A stretch of 62,815 nucleotides of DNA, the filler included, from Ichthyosporea sp. XGB-2017a (taxonomy: Eukaryota), in NCBI GenBank assembly GCA_002811675.1. It is 6 parts of one record of this genome, joined end to end, with 100 filler letters (N's around TTAATTAATTAA, not from the genome) between each part and the next. Parts side by side here need not be neighbours in the genome. Positions count along the whole stretch, not along the records: positions 45,028 to 62,815 come from PDIM01010317.1; 5 more parts are not named here. The stretch is one strand, 5' to 3'. The translations under genes and the position numbers were made by a program. Of the stretch, positions 55,024 through 62,815 are shown in pieces (the stretch's first letter is position 1; every line of letters starts with the position of its first letter). The notes under the pieces are model-generated. The model worked only from the letters and a program-made list of their open reading frames with translations, was not told where the DNA came from and ran no database searches.

Positions 55024-58000
55024 TCAGGAATGGTCTTGGTAGTGTCCATTGTAGTTTCTCTTTGGGTGAGCAGGTCCATTTAGATTCATATTGGGGTAAG
55101 GAAACTGAACTGAACTCTTTTTACCTTCTCTAATGTCCATTTGTGTTCGCGGTCTTCGCAATGGGTCCCGAATTGGGGGCATGGAGGTGTGCTCAGCTTC
55201 CACTGGGATGGTATCCTTGCTGTTCGGGGCAGTTGTTGGCCTGAGAAGGTCAGCTAATTGAGCTGTTAAGAACGGGGTCTTTCGGGGACTATTGATTCTT
55301 TCTGTTTGAACAGTACTGGTGCGCGATCTTGGGTTATGCTCTTTAGCAAGGGCTTCAAGATTTATGCCGAATTTGGCAGCCACGTCTTCGTAGTCTCTAA
55401 TCCTTTGTCTCAGTTTGTCAATTTCTGAAAATGCATCTTGCTTAATATTTCTCTCGTTTCGCATCTCTTTAACAACCTTACGCAGTTGCTTTTGATTACG
55501 AACATCCTGCAAGCGATATGTTTGTGAACGCTTTTTCTCAGTATCATGCAGTTTCTTCAACTCAGAGTCCTTTTCTTCGATGTTATTCAAAATTTCATCT
55601 ACATCTAAGTTGTCCAGTTTAGCGTACTTCTTCACTTTTTCCTCTAGCTTTTGAATGAGATCTTCTTTGCTCATTTTCCACTTGGAGAGCGCTTGGAACA
55701 TCCTATTTTGTTCTTCAAACTCTTTACGTTTGGAAGAGAGCTGCTCATCTGATGACTGGAGGGCAGACTGGATTAAGTTGTTTTGGTTTTTGAGAAGTTC
55801 TTTTTCAGCCTCCGCTTCCAAAGTAAGCTCCCAATGCTTTTTGGTAACGGAATTGTTTTCGGCCTTTAATTTGCTGATTTTCTTCTCGTATAAAGATCTT
55901 AGGCCAAGTTGCTTCATTTCATTCATAGTTTTGAGTTTCAAAACCACGGTCCACAGAGCAGAATTTTCGCTTGCAAGGTCTCTCCCATCTTCCTCTGCTT
56001 CTTCCACTTCCAGTATTTCCCGTTCTTTATCTTCCTTTGATCTGCGAAAGCTTACTTGTTTTAATTTAATCAAAGCCTCCTTTCTGGCTTCAGTCAGCCC
56101 ATCAAGCACATCTTCATACAAAGTTCCTCTATATTCTTGAAACCTATTCCGTAGTGCAAACGATTGAGAGCTCAAACCTTGAACAAGGTCTTCGTATTCT
56201 GCTCGGGTTTCAGCTTTTACTTCTGTTTTAAGTTCCGAAAATGCCCTCTCCATTTCGGTCAATTTGCCATACAGAGCTGATACTTCCATTAATAGCTTTG
56301 TATTAAAATTAGCAGCATATACCTGACTGTTTCGTTCAAAATTCAAAAGATCTTCTTTTCTCTTATTCTGCAAATGGCGATTCTTCTGTTCTTGCAAATA
56401 CAACATGTGTTTAAGATGCCTGAAGTTAGATAAGTGGTAATCATTGCAGTCTTGAATACACATAGCCATCCACACCCCAAGGTTGCTAACGAAATTTTGA
56501 ATTACTTCTTGAAATTCACTCTTTTGAAAAGTAATATTTTCCCCTGGTGCTGTGAACCGGTCAAATATTTTTGTTATGAAGGTTTTTAAAGGAGCACACT
56601 TCTCAACAAAGTCAATCGGCGTGTGTTCTTCGCCAAAGTCAATTGAATTGGAAGAGCGCTCAGACTCTCGATCGGCTACATGGAGTGCATGTAACAGGCC
56701 GATCTCTTTTAAGGTCGCCTTAATATCCTCGCATTCCAAATAACTAAGTAGGCAGCCAAGTTGGCATTGCCGATATTCTAGTTCAGGAAACGTTTCAGGA
56801 AGCCCTTCCTCATTGAATGACTTTTTACGATGCAAAGGAGGCAGTTCTTCAAGTAATTTATCAGCCATCGCAGCTGTAATACTCGCCCTGTGCTCGGTAA
56901 ACACCTTTTTATATTGCTTTGCAGCTCGACTGATAATTACATTTTTGTATTGATGATCAAACTCTACATACCCTTCGTAGGATTCTAAAGAGGCAAAACT
57001 TCGTATTTTCATTGCCCACTCTGACTTAACTTGCTCCAATTGCATGCTCTCCCGTGTAAAGAGACGTAGCAGGCGTAACGATTGCTGAGGGTCATTAACA
57101 AAATTCAAGCCATGATCATTGCAGACATCTTCAAGAAGGGCTGTTAGGCCGTACAGTTCGCCAATAACACTCGTTTTGTCAACCTCAGAAAGTCTTGCTA
57201 CACTGGCTTCAATTTTTCCTACGGATTCTCTCCAATGACCCAAGATGCCTGGGCATGGACCGTAGTGGTGAGCAAACCATCTTTGGGGGAAAAGGTCCTT
57301 GATAACTTCAGGGTTATCCAAAAATTCCGGAATCTGAAAATAGGTCGAAAATATGCTATCAGATGTATGCTTAAATTTGTCCATTCCTAGGTGGTTATCC
57401 GTTTTCAGAATTTGATATGCTGTAAGTCTTTTTCGAAGCAGTAAGCCTGACAAGGCAGTGTAGCGCATTGTATAATCATAGCCCATGAACAGCAATGATC
57501 TCCAGGCAACTAAGAAATCAGCAATTTGACGCGGAGATTTAGGATCTCTAAGATTGTCAATTTGAAGTTGAATTTTGTGCATTTCCGATGCAATGCCTTC
57601 AGACTTGTGCTGAGGAAGGTATGGTTCATATTTACCCAAAGATAAACGTGCCTGGCCGTAAAAGAAAAGAAAAATGTCATGAAGAGAAAAGGAAATATCT
57701 AAAAGAGTAGACAGCTGCTTAAGTTGCCCAGTCATAGACTCTTCTGATAAGCAGTCCATTATATCTGTATGATGCGGGACAAACCAAGGATTGTCCATTG
57801 TCGACCCATCTATGCTAACAAGTCTGCATGGTTTCTTTGACAGTTTGTTTTGAAAAGCGAGATTTCTATCTACGAAGACTTCTTCTTCTTCTTCTTCTTC
57901 CTCTCCCTTTTCGTCGTCTATGTGACTACTTCCTGCCTCTTTGTCCAAAGGATTCAAACCCGATGCTCGTCGCTGGGACACCATTTGTGGTCCCGCAAGA

Positions 58001-61000
58001 GTAGATTTTCGTCTTTCAGAAGGATTGGTAGGTATAAGGGAAGCACTGCGACTAGATATGGATGCTCGTGGATTCCCCGGCGCATTTTTCGGAATGAATT
58101 TGCCTGATGGGGCGTCAGATATAACAAAACATGATAAGTGCTGAGGAAAATCTTTCAACATTGTTTTTAAACTCTCGTAGTACCGATAGATTTGTACACG
58201 AAGGGCATAGCGCCCTAAATCTTGAGATAACAAATCGCAATAATATAGTACTATGTCGTCCTTTAAATCATCTACAGCCTCGGCCAGCTCTTTGTTTCCA
58301 CTCGACTCCCCCATACTCTTTGTCATCTCATAGTATCTCTTCGAAAACATCTGCAAGGAGGCCTCTCTCACAGCACTTTTCCTTTCTTTTATAGAGAGAA
58401 ACTTTTGCTTAACTGAATCTTTAAATGATGCTATGTCATTTGCCATCTTTCTCCGCTTTATAGACTCGGAAGTAGTGTCTTGCTTCATTCCATCTGCAAG
58501 GATTGAGTCTCCAAGGGAATTCAATTTTGGATTTACATTGCAATCTAAAAGGGCGATGTCGAGCCCAACTTCGTTGTAAAATATCCCAACAAGAAGAGCA
58601 TTTTTTTGTGCGATCTGAGCCTGAAGAACGGTTTTGATTCTTTTCACCCCTTTCGGATTTAACAAAGCCTTAACAGTGTCGGAAGAGAAAAATGATATTG
58701 GTTTAACCAAGTCATCATCTAATTCGGACAGGGCATAACGAAGCTTATTGGACTTATAGGTGTCCACGGAAATCTTTCCGGTGTTCACTTTAATTTCCGA
58801 ATCATCAGCCTCCGGGTTGTATGCATCCAGACGAGTCTCAAAAGGTACACATCTCATGTACGCATGGTGAGTCTCCTGTCCCATGAGCTGGCATTGATTC
58901 TGGTAAATACTGGTTAAGATTTCTGTTTCGTGCCAGCTTTCAATGAGTTTTTGTCTATACGATATGATGTCACACATTCTCCTGGCGGTTTCCCTGTGAA
59001 ATTCTTTACGTTCTTCATCCTCTATCATTTTTAATTTCACTACGCTTCCCCTTCGCTTTTTTTTCGATAAACCAGTAGCAACAACAGTATCAACCAGCCT
59101 GTCTACTGAAACAGGATTATCGATCACTAAATTGTATTGCAATGCCAATATTTGGTCAGTGTTCTCTTTGTCTTTCTTCGCCAAATCTGACGTTAATGAT
59201 GCGAGGGGAAGAGAACTGAGCCCTTCCCATTGACCAACCGCAATGTCAAGGACACTAGACATTAAATCAACAATGTCACTGGTGGGATCATGAGCGGGGT
59301 CATTGGGCACAAGGTACTCAGTGAGAGTTTGTAGAGTGAATTCCAAAAGTTTGGGAAGCTTGTTGATTATGGCCAAGGAAGAGTGATATTCGAAAAGATA
59401 CTGTGGCTTTAAATCGCGGCATGCATGACTTTGTAGATGTATAGGCTGCTCAAGTATTGGCTTTTCCGGAAAACCATGCCCTGCAGTAAACTGGTGCTTG
59501 CTATTCTTTGGTTTGTTCACTTCCACCACAGAGTACACATTAGCCAAATATTCTCGTTCATCAATAACAGTCTGATTGATTATATCAGTAAGTAGCTTAG
59601 CATACTTTGTGTAGTAGTCACATTCCAATTTGTAAGTTTTAGTAAAGTATTCTTCTTTAAAGTCATACCTCGGCCTGGAATATATAAGGTTGCTTATGGT
59701 CTGGGCAATGTTCTTCTGCTCAGCGGGATCTACAACATTTTCATATATATGTAAATAGCAATCAATAACTTTTGTTTTTGCCTCCTGGTATTTGAATTCA
59801 CATGTCCATAAATCCAAAAGCACATTTACTCTGTCTACATTCTGACTACCGTATTCAGACAAGTCAACCGTTTCACCTACAGGATCGTTTTCTTCGACCC
59901 CTTCATTGGTCTTTTCAACCCCTTCGGCCTCATTTACCTTTCTTCGCAACCCATTTTTTTCTTTCTCATATCGCTTGCTTTTTAATAGATAGAATGAGGC
60001 CAGTTGCAATAGCTCTTCTGACAATTCCTTTACAAAGTCTCCTGTAGACTCATAACATATAAACACACCCCTTGAGTCTTTCACTTTTGTATGACCATGG
60101 AAATCCACATGATAAAAGTCATTTCTATTCTCTAGAAACGTAGTCTCCATAAATTTAGCATCAGCTTTAGCCTTCAGCATAGCTATTTTGCGTTGTTTGG
60201 CAGTATTGGCCAAAAACTTGTATTTTCCAGTTCTCATATTTGAGATGGTAGTCTTATCGACGTTGCAGCCTCGTTCTTCTATATGATTATCAGTGTCTTC
60301 CGTTCCAACATTAAACAGTGATGATTTTAATTCATCCAAAAGGTGTGAGTAGCTTGTTACGTCATCCGTGCTGTTAAAATGATTGGACGGAGCATTCCCT
60401 CCTTTGCTTCCCACATATACATTTTCATCGCCAATAGTTGCCGTTTTACTGCCCTTATCACTGGTACTCCATTTATCAAAGTCGACACTTAAGATACCAA
60501 GACCGTCGATAGTGAGCCTTCTTATAAGAGACTGAAAATAGTTAGCCAAGCCATAAATCTTTGTATAATAATCTCGAATACGAATGTGTCTTAAGTACAT
60601 GAAAGATAAGTACATTGATTTCGGAACCCGTGTTTTGCCATGATCACTAGCGCCCATTTTTCGCGAAAACAAGGAATTGTTGTCCTTTTCAGGCAAAGGG
60701 GATTTCTTGACGCCATCAGTGCCATCTCTATAAAGTTTTTTGAAAATACTGGAAGAAGCTTGCGTGGCAGCCTGTACAGGGTTATTGGATACTTTCTCGA
60801 CTTTGGATTGGCTTTCGTACGTGAATTCAGAGAGTTCTTTTAGCCGCCTGTATACTTGATTAAAATCATTTGAAAGAATAAACAAAAATTCCACTTGCAA
60901 AACGTTGTCCGTTATTTGACAGGTTTCTTTCAATACCCGTCTTCGCTTTTCCTGACCAGCGTCTCGATCAGGTTGAAAAGTGATATACGGCTTCCACGAA

Positions 61001-62676
61001 GATTCCTTTAGATGTATGGTATCAAATGTTATCGTGTCAAGATAGTCCATTTCACTTTTGTCTTTGAACGCTCGTTCTATCTGAGAATGATGTTTGTTAA
61101 TACTATCCTCTGCCATAAACGCACAGTCATAAGCAGGAAATTCCATATTGGCGGTTTGTTGGCGGAATATCTGTTGAAATTTACGATTCACTAGATAGAA
61201 AAACTCCAACCCATCGGCATTCTCCAAGTATTCCACTCCAATTTCGATATGAAAGGCATCAATCAATTCCCCAATGATAGGCTTTAGGTCTTCAAAATAA
61301 TAGATGTACTGAGGCAAGCTTGATGTGTACTGGAAAGGGTCCGCAGAGTTTCCAGAAGAAACCGATTCTTCCGGCTCAACTTCGGGAAGGTTTTTCTCGG
61401 CTTCATCAGGGTCTTCATTTTGCTCAGATGATTCATTCTCTGCCTTGTCCTTATCTGGAGAAGGACTCTCGGCACTCAAGTCTGTAGTAGTAATAATGAC
61501 ATCTCTCATATCTCCCATTGAGTTCATACTAGTTTCTTCGACAGAATCAGACATATTAATCAAATCCTTATAAATGGAAGAACCGAGCTCATATCTATGA
61601 CTTGATGGTATCCACTGGAACAATTTAAAGAAGGCGTGTAATCGCCGTGATGAATGTGAGTGCTGAATGAGAGACCGTGCATATATACGAAGATCATTTG
61701 GTTCAACTAAGTCAACAAGCTGGCCATATGCACTATCAGTTCTTGGAACGGAAGAGCCATTACTTGTATCAACATTAAAATCGGTAATCTTGTCCTTTTC
61801 ATCAAAGTATTGAACAACCTCGGCCAGTCTGCGACATCTCTCAGTACAGTCTTCGAATTCCCCCTTTACCCCTTCTACTCTTTCTTTATACAGTTCTTGG
61901 TATTTTTCCACAAGTCTCGAAGAATAGCAGTATCTGCCCCATCTCAATGCATAAAGATATTTCTTGCGAAGAAGTTGTTCTGATCTATCATTGTAAAAAT
62001 CAAATAAGGTCACAGGCATAACGTCCAAATCAACTTCACTTTGAGAAACGCCTTTCAACTCGTCTGAAAGCATATCGGATATCGATCTCAGACTTCAGAA
62101 GATTACAGTAGATTTGATGGGTAAGTCGTTGGTTATATTATTCATAAAGTTGGCAATGTTACAACACAGTACATACCTTGTAGCTTCCCTTACTTTCATC
62201 AGCTTGCTAGCATGTGTTTTTCTCGATCTCCGATAGTGTTCCAAAGAGTGGGGAACAGGCATTGTCATAGAGACTTTATCCCAGGCAGCCTTGGGGCTCT
62301 TAACATCTTCGGAAGTGATGCATAGGTCTTCCCTTATGCGCGATAACTCTTTACCCAACTCATTTTCCAAAAGCTTAGCCTCTGCAGTCATCTCGTACTT
62401 TGTTGGCTCCTGTGTATACGAATCCTTCTTTTCCACATGAGACTTGACAGGAGAGGGCTTTGCCTTTGTATGATCCACTGCTCCTTCCTGCCCTCCACCC
62501 GCTTCTTTCAGCTTTGTGCTGCTCACTGAAGTTTCCTCTTTTTCCCCTGAGGACTTCACAGACGTCTCTGATGCACTCTTCTGAATATTTTCCTGGGCGG
62601 TCATCGAGTTACTTGCCGAAAGAGCCTTTGGTGAGGCCGGACCTTCCGGGATTTGTATATTTTGCTGACTATCCAT
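55024..62676 (-). CDS. CCDC162-like (DUF4549-type) giant helical/coiled-coil protein (~2522 aa); exons 62177-62676 and 55024-62092
   Basis: KYLYALRWGRYC..SRLVEKYQELYKERV....EFEDCTERCRRL and YLSFMYLRHIRIRD recall CCDC162 (from memory). A phase-2 GTATGT...GAAG intron joins the two ORFs. Confidence 0.7.
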
Positions 62677-62815
62677 TTTGGAACTTAATAGTTTGGAATA
62701 TTCGAATACACACAAAATCAGCGAATTTAAACCAAAAAATAAAATAAAACAAAAATCCAAAATAATAATAAAATAATAAAAAAAAAAAAATAAAAAAAAT
62801 GAAAAAATAAAAAAA

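Overview
Eukaryotic nuclear DNA. The rRNA sequence, animal-like gene content (GAK/auxilin, IQSEC-like ArfGEF, TMEM62, CCDC162-like) and short GT-AG introns point to a gene-dense, intron-poor unicellular holozoan, possibly an ichthyosporean (inference). The window is six pieces joined by artificial 100-bp spacers (44N-TTAATTAATTAA-44N) plus three ordinary N gaps, so adjacency across spacers is not proven. Protein genes: RPL32, NDUFB7, AdoMetDC (two seemingly identical copies, probably an assembly artefact), GAK, a ubiquitin-like-domain orphan, a secreted orphan, a CAP-Gly coiled-coil protein, a three-exon orphan only partly in the ORF track, a 4-TM protein, a GNAT protein, TMEM62, an RD-repeat YTH protein, a P3A-type ATPase homolog, a UBZ-IQ-Sec7-PH ArfGEF, an MFS transporter, a spliced ~2470-aa FN3/thioredoxin protein and a ~2520-aa CCDC162-like protein. 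There is also one collapsed rDNA unit with what look like both array junctions. Most notable: (1) an open-frame H+-ATPase homolog with decayed catalytic motifs but a largely retained proton-site; (2) an rDNA control system readable from sequence: ~660-bp spacer, five co-oriented Reb1/TTF-I-like 18-mers (two in unique flanking DNA) and an orphan Pol I promoter copy upstream of a hairpin-rich segment; (3) unusual domain architectures. All assignments are by eye; no searches were run.
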